Shown here in pieces: positions 22,579 to 35,266 of a stretch of DNA of 64,000 nucleotides. This DNA is from Marsupella aquatica. Lineage: Eukaryota; Plantae; Marchantiophyta. Numbering within the stretch: position 1 is the first letter of the stretch; the number at the start of each line of letters is the position of its first letter. The notes under the pieces are model-generated. The model worked only from the letters and a program-made list of their open reading frames with translations, did no database searches and was not told the origin of the DNA. The position numbers were made by a program, and so were the translations under genes. The stretch is taken from assembly GCA_973895155.1 (NCBI GenBank), contig OZ316897.1:17642457-17706456 (forward strand). The letters are read 5' to 3'.

Positions 22579-23931
22579 TCACTGTGTGCTATGTTTGTGA
22601 GGAGCACAACGTTGTTGCTCCCACTCTCTCTCAGGCAACAAATGGTCCATCATCGCAATACGATAACTACGCCCATTATGATAATTCTGACGTGCAGTTG
22701 GAGGACCTCCAGGTTCATAGGGCGGGTCTGGATCTAAACCCCATGCAGGGTCATATACATCTCCACGGTCAATACGAATGTTATGAAGAATACAAACACT
22801 AGTAATATAGTGAGCTAGTCGATAAGGATGTGGTCGAAACATTTTGCGAGAAACGAATCTCCAACTATTCTTCAATTGACCAAAAGCACGCTCTACGCAC
22901 ATTCTGGTTGAGCTAAGCTTGTAGTTGAATTCATTTTTCCGGGTATGCTCTCTCGCCCCAGGAAAAGGGTTTAGCAACCAAGGATAAACAGGGTAACCAA
23001 CATCACCAATAATGTACTCCCCTGTAGTGAATCCAGTTGGAGCCGTAAACGCCGGGCCCGAGAGTTTTGTGTGGCGCCGCACAACATCATTATAAAAACC
23101 CGACACTCTTAGAAGGCGAGAGTCTTGAATGCTGCCAGGCCATCCTGAAAACACATCTAAAAATCGAAGTTGGCTATCACAAACAGCTTGCATGGAAATG
23201 CTCTGACCATGCCTGTAGTCACGATAATCAATGGAACTCATCCCAGGAGGTAACTCCACTTGAAAATGAGTGACGTCAATTGCACCGCAACAATTTGGAA
23301 ATCCTTGCAATTGGCGAAACTCTTCTTTCACCTGTGCCATGGCCTCGCCTTCTGGCCAACTCAAATGTGTCCGTCGTGCGCTCACAATTAATGACTTTAC
23401 AAATCGCCAAATCACATCAGAAACACATGGGACTGAAACCCCAAACATCTCCGAGAGTGTCAACAACAAACACCCACTGGCAAATCTGCGCAGTGCTATG
23501 GCAACTTGTCACTCAACCGACAATGTCCTGTTGGTCAAATTGCGTAGGCCAGGTGGGGGTTGTGTAGTCATGTCTCTTCGAACCAGGTCACAAATGTAGT
23601 GGAACGTTGCAGGTGACACCCAAAATAAATTCTTGAAGCGGACTGGATCGTCTTCAATGACATGCATAAGGTACCACCCACTCCATTCTCTTGATCTTGG
23701 CTCAATATAATTTTGAGACAGAAGGCGATGATCTCTGTGGGCAAGCTGAATAGCCTGACATAGTAGAAACAAGTTTGCAAACAATGTACGGTGCACTCCA
23801 CCCGACACCCGTCTGTGTTTTATGAAATAGGTAGCAACAAGAGCTGACAAGTGCATCTGCTGCAAGACCACTTGCTGGAACATGAGAATTGTTGAACAAA
23901 TGATTTCCCATTCCTCATTGGAAAAAACCAT
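22579..23931 (-). pseudogene. Harbinger DDE transposase (HARBI1/DDE_Tnp_4-like, ~450 codons) with one in-frame stop
   Basis: Motifs GAIDVTHF, GWPGSIQDSRLL, IIGDVGYP, RMCVERAFGQLKNSW. ORFs 23931-23509 and 23469-22579 are the same frame, split only by TGA at 23511-23509 (TLSVE*QVAIALRRFASG). Confidence 0.93.
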
Positions 23932-24983
23932 TTTTCAAATTGTTGCAAATGAAACACCCTGCGTAATGCATCAAAGAAAATAAATATGTGAATGAGGAAA
24001 GACAAATGAAAGTGCAATTTTCTGGAGGAACAAGGAATCTTGACCTAGACTTAGTTATTATGGAGTAGTGAGAGTCACATATAATAGTCAAGGCTCATGT
24101 ATTTTATGCAATGCATGATGCCTGGAATTGGATAACACTATTACATGTAGGGAGCTGGGTTTCCAGGTAGCAGTTTTATAGGAAGACACTATGGTCGTTT
24201 GCTAAGTACTCTACTTACATTTTATGAGGACATTTTATGAGGACATTCCATTGCTCATATGCATATTATTTCCAGCCTGCCGGTGTGGATTGATCCCTTC
24301 CAAATCTAGTCTCGCTTCAGTAATGAGGTTCGGAATGTCGCCTAGTCTACTCTAGCAAGTGATAATTAGGGCACGGGAGCAGACTGCGAGTGATAATCAA
24401 ATGCGCGGGTTGGATGTACTACTCAAGGTGGCTTGGGCGAAGGCGTATTTGACAGATCTTCCATCGTCTTTGAGTAAGAGCATGGAGAGGGATTCTCCAT
24501 GATGTACGACGGGTTCTTCCAGTAGCGGTAAGTTAGAGTCCAGCGCTTAAAAGCCTTTGAGTGGCAGCAAGAAGAAACAACAGCAGGAATTGGCATCAGA
24601 CACATGGAGCGTAACCCAGCGCACGGACTGGAATTCAACTCGAAACATCAAACAGCTTATCAAAGGACTTGGACGATGTTCTCGTCTGCTCTCGAGCATG
24701 CTTTGCTAGATAGCGTAGTCAGGCCCATGCGTGCAATGGTTGGATAGGATATAGAGGTCGCTCCATTACATCGATGCAGCACGGGTCCATTTTTCTTCTT
24801 AGTAATGAATTGATTCGTGATGAACGGACCAGCAGTAATCGATGCTTTGGAGACACAGTCAGAAGAGAATTCGCGAGGGGTTTGGTTCCGTACTTAGGGA
24901 CGGCTCTATAAAACAATGAAACCAAGGATTGAAACAGAAATCAATCGGTAAGCTCTGCCCTGCCTAAGTAAGTGTACCACGGA

Positions 24984-25556
24984 TCATACTTGCATGGAGT
25001 GGATGTCCTCGATGTTAGAGGATGGTAACGCACAGAGGCAGGCGATGATCTCTTTCGCAACTCCCTCACTATAGCCTTTCAGGTGGTGTATGCTCCAAGG
25101 GCGCATGCTATCCTCTCCGAAGTAGCATAGTTCTGTGCGCAAAGCAGCTTTTATTGAAGCTGTTAATGCAGCAATTGATTGAAATGTACAATGATGACAG
25201 CTTCCACACATGAACTCGTATTCCGCAGGTGACGAAGTGATTTCTTGTGTAGATTGAATTATTCTCAAGACTGCATAGTCCCGTTGTTGACTTGCTTCTT
25301 GGAAGTGAGAATTTTGTTCTCTTTCGATAGTGTAGATCTTTGCAGGTCCAGCAATCCTACGCATGTCACCCTGCAAACTGTACCCTGTATAGCCCATGCT
25401 TCCAGAACCGACAGAAAGGGACACGAGTTGCCAGGACTGCTGGCCATGTTGCACCTGATAAGAACAAACTTTTCTCTGATTCCTAAGATTTCGCTGCGGC
25501 TTAAGGGTCGCCTTTCTGAGGACCCAACATGCGAGTTGGGTCTTAATTGCAACCAT
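24984..25556 (-). other. Candidate fourth ORF in the Harbinger element (190-codon open frame, degenerate zinc-finger-like FMCGSCHHCTFQSIAAL)
   Basis: Open frame beginning at a TATAAAT near 25560. Ends at a plausible donor (CAA|GTATGA) with a downstream acceptor near 24907. No recognisable family. Confidence 0.3.
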
Positions 25557-25720
25557 TTATATTAAGTGACTGAAGTGACTGGTCCACTTTGGCTTTACAT
25601 GAAGTTGCAAGATTGATCACTTGTCTCCCTAGATTCTAGTGGGTCCCACAATGCTTATATGGAAGTGTAGTTTGTTCAGAGCTTAGAACTCCACGAGATA
25701 GTATTCGTTGCCACTTCAGC

Positions 25721-25986
25721 AGGCTATTCTATTCTATAGTGACTCAGGCATTCACTATTTTTTGCAGGTGTGAGGGCTATTCTATTCTGTAGTGACTCAG
25801 GCATTCATTATTCTTTGTAGGTGTGAGGTAGTTGGTTTAAGGCTTCTAGTTGTGTTCCATTGCTCCACCCCCCTATACAGCTTCACCTCCTATGGGGCTC
25901 TAGTAGTCTCTTCAGTTTGCCATAGGATAGGGTTTTAGGGTTGCTTTTGTTATTGCCATAGGATAGGGATTTAGAGTTGCTTTTGT
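25721..25986. repeat. Two short tandem duplications (~54 bp x2 and 36 bp x2)
   Basis: ggctattctattct.tagtgactcaggcattca...aggtgtgag x2; ttgccataggataggg.tttag.gttgcttttgt x2. Confidence 0.8.
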
Positions 25987-26199
25987 CCTGTATTTTTTGG
26001 CCTTTCGGTTTGTTTGTTGCCCCTTGATAGGGTTTCCTATATACCTTTGTCACACCTGATACACTTGCAAAAATGAACGTGTGATGCCCACATAGCCAGG
26101 TTTGAAGTGACGGGCATCTTGCCGAATTGCCGGGCATGTAAACTCATCATTCGCCGGGAAAAAATTGACCCAAATGCGAGATATTCCTTGTTATTCCCC

Positions 26200-26330
26200 G
26201 AGCCGGGCCGAGTGTGGGGCTGGGCCGGGACAGGCCGGGGTTGGGGCCGGGACAGGGTCGGGGTAGGGTGTGAGACCGCTGGGGCCGGGCCGGGCCGGGC
26301 CGGGAAGGGCCGGGAAGTCAACCGGGACGA
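26200..26330 (+). repeat. GC-rich GGGCC/CCGGG motif cluster
   Basis: Many G3+ tracts, including gggccgggccgggccgggccgggaagggccggg. Confidence 0.85.
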
Positions 26331-29300
26331 TCCAAGTGACGAGTTACCGGTTGACGAACCCTAAAGCTTCTATTTACCGGGCAAATCCAAACCCGGCCAC
26401 ACAGGACGCATACATGTAGAATAGGTTCCTAGTCACCGTGGGTTTACAGCCGCTGAGTAACGCCCTGTCCTCTGTACGGATAAACAGTTGGGCGTCACAG
26501 TGCAGTCTCGTCCTGGCTCTTGTCGTTCTCGGTGCGATACTGTGCTGTGGTATCGCAGACCGTGCTAGTACAGTATCGCAGACCGTGCTACAAGACATGA
26601 CTGGCCAATGGCGCTATCAGGAGTGTCACATTGATCGCGGCTGCATGGAGGTTATGCCAGCTGGTGCATTTTCGGGCTCTCTGTTTGGGCGACGGGGTAG
26701 GGAAAGCGGTGCTCACGGGATGTCGGAGGAGTCTACAGCCAGAAGAATCATCATCACTATTACATAATATTATTATAATATCAGTGCAAATGCCCAAGGG
26801 AAAAAACAACGCTTCTCAATTGTGGGTGGATGGCATGAACAAACTCAAGCGCTTTTAATGTTAGAGACTTGATGGACCCCAAAGACGACTCGCGATTTGA
26901 CCAGGTCGTCTGGATGGTGAACTGTCATAAATCCCCAAAATAGAAACTCCATAGCAATCATGGCCAGCTATCAAAATCCAGAAAAATGCAATAACTCTCC
27001 AATAGATGAGTCCGCCTTAGCTTGTGGAACAGGGCACCATTATTTAACTGGGGGTGCCACCAAGCCTACAAAATGTGAATTTTGAGTATACCCTAACATG
27101 TTACTGGATTTAAATGAATTTTATTTGAGATAAATTAATGAGAGTGATCTCTGACTTGCAAAGTACCTGGTAAGAATGTTGGGACTCTTTGGACACCTTC
27201 AACACTCAAGTATTGCTACTCTACAAAATGCAATCTACAATTGTGCACTTTTTATTAGTTTTCTCAAGCAGAGGTAGAATCAAAACTGAGCTAGGTACAT
27301 TCTTACAAAAAGTTAGCAAATGATTGAAGCCTAAAAGTAGGGTTAAAGTATTTTCCTTCTGCAAAACAAAAAAGCTTGAGCAGAGTTCCCAAGTGTAGAT
27401 TTTTGAGAATACAAGAGGTAGTCTATCCTCTATTGGATGGGCCTGCTTTGGGTTTCCAAGGAAAAATAAATAAAAAATTTGAACGCCACTGGAGGTACCC
27501 TGGCCTCATTGGATTCTTCCTACAAGAATATTACCCGTGAGTTAGTGGATTTTAGTACTTTCTGTACTCTTAACATGCTCCTATCAGTAAACGTAGGCAA
27601 GTCCACATTACTACACATGTGTATCATGTAATTGCATGAGTATACTCTTATCCATGGCGGTATGTATTTGTTGTGCAGTGACTGTTGACATGCACTAATA
27701 AAATTTGGAGTCATTAAATCAACCCTGCATTGTTTTCGGAGAATCGTTAGAGTGGGGGTATTTGCTCCTTCCTGTGGCCAAACCCAGTAACCTTTGGGGG
27801 TGCTCTTAGGACAGAGCTCCCGAGGTACAACATACACCCACTTTTTTGCGAAGGAAGTCTACAGTGAACTGTGCTTAAGTGCACCAGACATAAGTTCACT
27901 CCAAAACTTACTCAGTATGACTGGTTACTGTAAGGAGTGAATGTCCACTTTGATAACAACATTTCTTATTTAGTGTAAGTAAGAGTCATGTGTCAAATCA
28001 AAGTCAGCAACCCTTGGTGGATAATTTTCCTTCACACTAGAAAACAGTTTCACACCAAGTAAATTATTACAATCTTGAAAAAACCAGCAATAAACCCAAT
28101 AGAAAATCAAAACTGTAGAAACCCATTCCCCAGGAAAAACTGTTAAAATCCAGCAACAAACCCAATCGAAAATGAAAACTGTGAAAACTCAACAATAAGA
28201 ACTGTATTTTGTCTCCCAAGTGTAGATCCCATAACCACAAACTAGTGTCTGGAAACTTTACATTGAATGGGTTGGAAATCTCAGTATCATCCATTGCAAT
28301 CATGAGTTCTGTTGTGTATACTTAAGTTAAAATGTCTAGCCAGAACGTGTCGAGTTTGGAAGAAATATACCAGCGTCCTAACGAGAAATGGACCATCCAG
28401 TTTTCAGCACCTCAAGAGGTGTCTGAAGTCTTTGATTAAAAAGTACAGCCGTATCAGCAAAAAAGGGGTCCCACAGGGGGCCCACCAGTAGGTACTTAGG
28501 ATCTACCTGCAAAGGATCTAAAGTGAAATGTGACTTGTTCCCACATGTGATGGCTATAAGCGAATCCCAGTGAGATGCTCTAAAGTTAGCACACCACAAA
28601 ATCACAAATAAACATTACAAGAAGGGAAGCCAATGAATGTATAACCCTGAATTAAAGAGGAAAATCCAACTGCACATGTGGTCTAACACACTTTTGGATA
28701 GGAAAATCATTCCACCTCATCATTTTCACCTCTTGACAGAGATCTTATTACATTCTCCCCCCCCAGTGGCCCAGTCCATGTAAAGCCAACTGTCCCGCCA
28801 ACAGACACACCTGCACTGCTCTAGCGACATGTAAGATCTCTACACTGTACCTACAAGGGAGCTCGAGTTCGCCTAGAGCCATCTGTCCCCTAACCAACGG
28901 TCCACGTTTAATCTCGGCAATAAACTAAACAAATCGGTGACGGGCAATTGATCGGCCCCGAGCGCTTTGTAGTTTGTAAAGCTTCGCACTCAACAACTGC
29001 AGCAGCAGCAGCAGCTCCAGCCTCTCCTCTCGCCTCGCGTGGAGAACCCGCAGCCTCCCGCACAGACTTCCATCGCCGTATTAAACCAGGTGGACGCCTC
29101 CGAGAGGCTGCACATGAGGCGCGAGATCGGCGGGCGGCATCATCATCGAGAGCTCACGCAAAAAATTAGGAGCAGTGGTCTGTTTTTCACGAAGAATCGT
29201 TCGGGCTTGGAGTGTTGTGGTTGCTGTGGGAGTCTCTCTCTTCCTTGTTGCCTCTGAGTTCTGTGAGTTTATGATCGGCGTCGGAGCGAATTTGAGCGCT

Positions 29301-29720
29301 TCGACATTTTGCTCGAGCTGAAGGGTATTCGTGTCGGAGTGGGTTTTGAAGCGGATTGCTGCTTTTGGTTGCGTGGAGGGAACCGGAGGATTGCCGTGGC
29401 GGGAAGGTCTCGTCATCTCGTCTGTAGCTCTGTTTCTTGGGATGGGGAGGATTTTCTGAGGCCGAGAGGTTTCGAATGAGTCGATTCCGATCGCTTCCTT
29501 CCGTCTTTGGGCTTCATTCCTGCTGGGTTATTTCGAGTCACAGAGATCAGTCTTGATTTAGAGTTGCGAACGTTTCCCGCGGAGGTTTCCAAGCACGGGC
29601 CGAGACTTGATTGATCGCCATAGGGAGTCTTGAGGAGGTCGGCTGGAGGAAATTACATTTTGATTGGTGCGGTGCCTGGAGTTCTTCTTTGTAGTGAATG
29701 TTGGCTTGACGTGAGCCGAA

Positions 29721-32700
29721 ATGAAGGGTGCAAGATTAGTTGCGGCAGCCGCAGCTCTAGCAAATCTGCTTCAAGGATGGGACAACGCTGCAGTTGCAGG
29801 TAAATATGTCTGTGATGTTCCCCCTTCTCCGAGCCATTGTTGTGGCTGTCGGAAAGGAAAGTCAGTGTGGAAACTAGTGTGGCTGCAAGACGATAGCTAT
29901 ATCAATCAGTTCTCTTTAGATTGTAGGCAGTGTTTTCCTCCGTCGGTTGGATGTCTTTGACTCTATCATATAGGTGAGATATCGGTTCAGGGTAGCGAAT
30001 TGTTCTGTGTGCGCTTAACTCTAACCCAATACTGGTGACATTGGAACCGCAGTGTTCTCTTCAATTGAATCTAACTGCGAAATGTAGCATGCATTTGCAT
30101 CGGATTTGTTACTGACTTTGTGTCATGTTCACAACTCCCTTAAATCAGATTTTACGAAAAATGGATGTCTTTACCCTGTTTCATCAATTGTTGAAAATTT
30201 CCTCGCCACGTCTTACAGGATACTTTATGTAACATTAATTCTTGCAACTGTAGCTCAATTCGAGCTCACGCAGGGGTCAACCTCCAGCAATCGATCCTGA
30301 TATGTTGTTTGGTTTCGCTGTGTCCAGGAGCATTGCTGTATCTTAGAGTGGAATTCCATTTGGATGAGAATCCCACTCTGGAAGGGTTAGTGGTTGCAGC
30401 GACCCTAATTGGAGCTGTTGTAAGTACAGCTATTGCAGGGCCAGCGGCAGATTCATTGGGGCGACGGTTCATGTTGACAGTTTCCGGCTGTTTGTATGCC
30501 ATCGCAGCCGCTATTATGGTGTGGTCTCCGTCGATATACATTCTCATATTCGGACGCTTCGTAGTGGGTGCTGCCATCGGATTAGCTGCCACGATCGTAC
30601 CCATTCTCATATCCGAGTCCGCTCCCACCGAGATCCGTGGACAGCTGGCTACTCTGCCTCAGTTGATGGGTTCATCTGGGCTTTTCTTCGCTTACTGCTT
30701 TGTGTTCGGACTGTCACTCCTTGCAAATCCTAGCTGGAGACTAATTCTGGGAGTCATATTCCTTCCCGCAGTTTTCTATCTGGGCTTGTGTTTGTTGTAT
30801 CTGCCAGAGTCGCCTAGATGGCTTGTGAGTAAGGGTCGTATGCTTGAAGCTAAAGTGGTGCTTCAAGGTCTCCGAGGTCAGGAGGACGTTTCAGGTGCAT
30901 ACAATTTCCCCTCCCCAGTCCGTTTAATGAGTTGAAGCTCATAAGCTCAGAAGTTCAATTTTGCCATTTAAATGATCGGCAGAATCTTGGGCTCCAATTC
31001 ATGGATCGATGTATCACAAAAGTCGTTCGGGAAAGATCTCATTCACCGGCCTAGTTTTATTCGGAGCTGGCAAATTATTGGCTTGGATTACCTTTTGGTG
31101 TATTGTGAATCTTAGGAAGGCTTTACCGAGAATGCCCTCCAGACCTTAAGATTTCTTACAGTGTTTCTTTTGTATTTCAGCTGAACTTGCTCTCTTAGTT
31201 GAAGGGTTGGGAGTTGGAGTGGACACATCAGTGGAAGAATGGCTGGTCAAACCAGCTGAGAGGTCGGATATGTTGGATCCCACAAATGTGGAAGATGGTC
31301 AGATTACACTCTTCGGACCCGGTGGTCCAGATGAGGATTTAACCTGGATTGCAGAACCTATCAAGGCTGAGTCCGGTCGTAACCTACTTTCAAGGCGCGA
31401 CAGCACAGAGAGTCACAACATGTCTCTCGTTGATAACATGGTGTCGCTCATGGGTAGCCTTCACCCGGCCACCGACATTGACTTCGACAATGATGACTTG
31501 AATGATGAGTTTGATAGGAGAAATCATTTACTGGGCGATGAAGAAGCAGGTCTGGATGTCAACGATTACACATCTGAAGACAATCATGAGCCTGGCATTG
31601 TGGGAGACTTGGACGAGGCTCATTTGAACAGTCCTCTGTTGCAGAACCTGTCCAGCAAGCACGACGTGTTCTCCCGGAGAAACTCGTCAACCTTTTCTCG
31701 AGGGAACTCCTTCCGGGGTCTATCCAGGAAGTCAAGTTCCAGAACAGTTGATGGAATGTTTGGAGAAACTGTCAGCAGTGTTGGAATTGGAGGTGGTTGG
31801 CAAATGGCGTGGCGTATGGACGGTGAAAATTACGAGAGGGTTTATCTACTGCAAGAAGGGCCGGATACCTCTAAATACGCATCCCACATGTCTCTACCGG
31901 GCGTTGGCGGTGGCTCAACTTTTGGAGTGGATGGCGATGCCTTCCAAGCTGTTGCTTTAATCGGCCCATCAGTCCAGTTCAACAAGGACATTGCGCTTCA
32001 GGACGCCGTGGGTCCGGCTATGGTTCACCCTTCTGAGACTGCCACAAGAGGACCTGCCTGGTCGGATCTAGCGGACGTCGGAGTGAAGAGAGCACTTGTC
32101 GTTGGTTGCGGCCTGCAATTTCTTCAGCAGGTACTGCAGTCCATCTCCATAGCAAGAACCTATCCAAGTTTCACTTGCCATTTTTAATGAGATTGAGTGC
32201 CTTTGTTCCCATTGCTAATCCGATCCTCTTGCCTTCTTCAGTTCTGTGGTATAAATGCAGTGCTGTACTTCACTCCTCAAATACTGCAGCAGTCTGGGGC
32301 TGACTCCATGGCCGCGAGCCTCGGATTGACTTCGGATTCAGTATCGATTTTGGCCAGTGCCGTCACCTGTTTCATGATGCTTCCGTGCATATTTGTAGCG
32401 ATGTGGCTCATGGATCGAGCAGGGCGAAGGTATGTATCTTTTTGGAAACCATTTTGTGAATTGTTGGAGTTGGCCAGCTCTGTCAAGATGTTTTCAAGTT
32501 TATTTAGGAATTTTATATGTCATGCATGTATCCTCTGTTTAGAATGGAACGTCCTCTTTAGAGCATCGTGAAGTCGATGCCATTCAATAATAATTCTTTG
32601 AATCACTTTTTCTGAATTTGTGCAGGCAACTTCTGTTGACCACTTTACCCATCCTGGGATCAGCTTTGGTGGTGGTTGTACTTGTGAATAGCTTTGTGGG

Positions 32701-33118
32701 ACCGGGCGTTTTTCAAGCTGTGGCGTCCTTCCTTGGTGTTTCCGTGTTTATCTGCTCCTTTGTTACGGGTTTCGGGCCAATCCCCAACATTTTGTGCTCA
32801 GAAATTTTTCCCACCAGAGTACGTGGTCTTGCGATCGGTATTACCTCCGGTACAATGTGGGTGTGCAATGTGATTGTGTCTTACGCTTTTCCCGTTGCCA
32901 ACGCCAAGTTTGGGCTTGTTGGGGTCTTCCTCTTTTTCGCAATCATGAGCGCGATAGCGTGGGTGTTCGTGTTCATCAAAGTACCGGAGACTAAAGGCTT
33001 GCCCTTGGAAATTATCTGCGAGTTCTTTGCCATGTCTGGGCAGAATCACTCTCACGATGCCCACGGAGTCAAGAAGCCTCTGCTTCAGGATACACATAAT
33101 CCATTAAAAAAGGTTTAA
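29721..33118 (+). CDS. TMT: Tonoplast monosaccharide/sugar transporter (TMT/TST, MFS), 758 aa; exons 29721-29799, 30328-30894, 31181-32130, 32242-32429, 32626-33118
   Basis: NLLQGWDNAAVAG, ISESAPTEIRGQLATLPQ, LPESPRWLVSKGRMLEAK, a long acidic central loop with GIGGGWQMAW, LQQFCGINAVLYFTPQIL, SEIFPTRVRG, VPETKGLPLE. Introns are GT-AG and phase-consistent. Confidence 0.95.
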
Positions 33119-34371
33119 CGGGTGGAAAATCCTTGTAAATCTCTCCGAAAAGACTGTTGGGTTTTATCTGCTGGAAGTGGCTGGCATTCAACAGTTCCAT
33201 CCGTTTTGGCCATGGTAATCGGCTGGACAACTCAAGCTGCAGAAGACAGGATTCAATGACATCGTGATCATGTCGAGCCGTTGATCGAACAACCTTTCTG
33301 GGTTCTGTACAAGAGAAGGCTTCGTCTGGTTAAAATTTGAGTAGCAGCTTTACGTGAGACGCAGATCTATTTCTCGGGACAACAATTGAAGACGCGGAAG
33401 AGATTGTTAACCCTGCCAGAAATAAGATGGATTTACTGAACTGGGTGTTTAGCCTGGTTATCTTCAATAGTGAGGAACAGTTAATGGTGGACCTCGTGAG
33501 CAGCTTTTGGAAGAAAATATCCTCTCTAGGTGAGGTATGAACAGGAGTAGGTGGTATTCACCCGACTATCAGCGGAAGTATGAAAATTGCTGTTACTACC
33601 TGATGGTAATCGACAGAAGTGATCTACTGTACCTTTTAGACCCGGAGAAGGTTTAACGCACTGGTGGGCGCGCAAGTTTTTGTGTGCACATTTCAGCAGG
33701 TAGGTTTTCATCAACAGCAGGTAGGTTTTCATCAACAAGTCATGGCTGCTTGTTGGGACATCCTATTGCCGTGTAGAATGTAACTTCGATGTATGACTAT
33801 CTTCGCAATTGAATTGAAGATAGCAAAGAACTTCGACTAGACTACTTTTAATGATTAGAAGTTTCCTCGACCTACCCGATCAATTTGGTGTCCCGACAAG
33901 AGTAGAATTTAATTTCAGTCTGGAAACTCTACAACGGAGTTTCCCAAGTGTAAACAGTGCTTCGATTGATGAATAGGAAATTTAGACAGGAAGATGTATT
34001 GAAACTGTCATCCTTACATAGCACTCCTCGGATGTATGGTGCCTTTCTAGATTATTTTGTGGTTTCTTCCAAAATCTTTCAATTTGTCAGGGGAAAGGTT
34101 GTCGTTACATTACGGCACATACTGTCTAATCACTCTGCAATTCCACTTGAAAGCAACGATTGTGCCATCGTTGCTGAAATATTGTGTGGCATTCGTAGCG
34201 CTGAATGTCCAAAAGTAACAATCACACCCACTGTTGGCAACTCGTTGAGAGCTTACATGACTGCCAAAGCATGTCCAAAAGTCGTTTCAGTGTCGGCAGT
34301 TCTTTGAGAGGTCACATGACTACCAAAGCTGTGTGTTAAGTTCACTTGCTGTGTGTCCTGGTCACGGCATT

Positions 34372-34540
34372 TGATCAGCCTCATTGCACGGAAATCTCTC
34401 GTCAAAGCTCTTCTCTACATGTGATCAGCATCTCCACTGCAATGCTCTTCACGACATGTGATCAGCCTCACTGGACAATAATCTGTCTCCAATGCTCTTC
34501 TCTCCATGTAATCAGCATCACCGCACGGAAAATTCTCGTT
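34372..34540. repeat. Degenerate ~85-bp tandem repeat built on tgatcagc motifs
   Basis: tgatcagcctca...gctcttctct.catgt.atcagcatc occurs twice. Confidence 0.65.
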
Positions 34541-35266
34541 ACTATGGATACGACGGAAGTAGCAGCAATGATGACTGACGGAGGCGAGTATCTAAAACAA
34601 ACGTACAGTCTCACGACATGGCTCACGTCGTGCTCCAGATGGTCACTTTAATTAGTAAAGAACTTTTGCGACCCTGAAAAAAAACGCTTACCTCATGGAA
34701 AGGAAAAGAGCAGGCATAAACACAACAGAAGGCATATACCTCCCAGCAACTTTTGCATGCATGCAAAGCGACAGGCACAGGTTTTTGGAATGTTGGCGTC
34801 ACCTTGGATTCTGAGGACCACAAATTGACCACATGGCAACTGCAATTGGAGTACTCTGGATGCGTGATTGGACATTCGTCATTGCAGTAGGCCCCATAAA
34901 GATGGGCAATAAGAATCAGAGTCCTGTCCGAGAGCAGGAGTACCGACCTGCAATCACCTCAGGTTCTTCCTGCAATTCTGGAGACGTGTTGGTAGACCGC
35001 ATAATCGTCATTCTGCCACCTGACTTTGTTCATCTAGGGGGGACTCTTTGGCTTGTCCTACTTTGGGACCATGCCCTTTATTGGTTTGCTGTGCCCTTGC
35101 GTTTGGAACGTTGCCCGTTGCTTCGAATTTGGGACCTTTTGTGGCGTTTTTGTCGTTTGGTGCTTTGCCCTTAGGTTTGGGACACTGCTCTTTATTGGGT
35201 TGGTTTGCCTTAGGGCCCTTATATGGCGTTTTTGTCTCATGGTACTGTGCCTTCTCGAAAGCACAC

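Larger units (their letters stand above)
12654..28580. mobile_element. PIF/Harbinger-superfamily DNA transposon, now defective; core 15137-23931 is firm, outer ends tentative
   Basis: Convergent Myb/trihelix gene and DDE transposase are the diagnostic Harbinger layout. Candidate TIRs: GAGCATCTCCAC at 12654 and its inverse (GAGCATCTC-AC) ending 28580, both flanked by TAA (12651-12653, 28581-28583), the typical PIF/Tourist TSD. The TIR match is short and imperfect. Confidence 0.6.

Noticed and set aside
26347-26363. hAT-like terminus ccggttgacgaacccta
   Set aside because: No matching opposite end or 8-bp TSD found in the window.
13210-26642. Alternative inner TIR pair GACTGCGCTCAATGTG / inverse of CACATTGATCGCGGCT
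   Set aside because: Only 12 of 16 positions match and there is no clean TSD. Kept only as a secondary boundary hypothesis.
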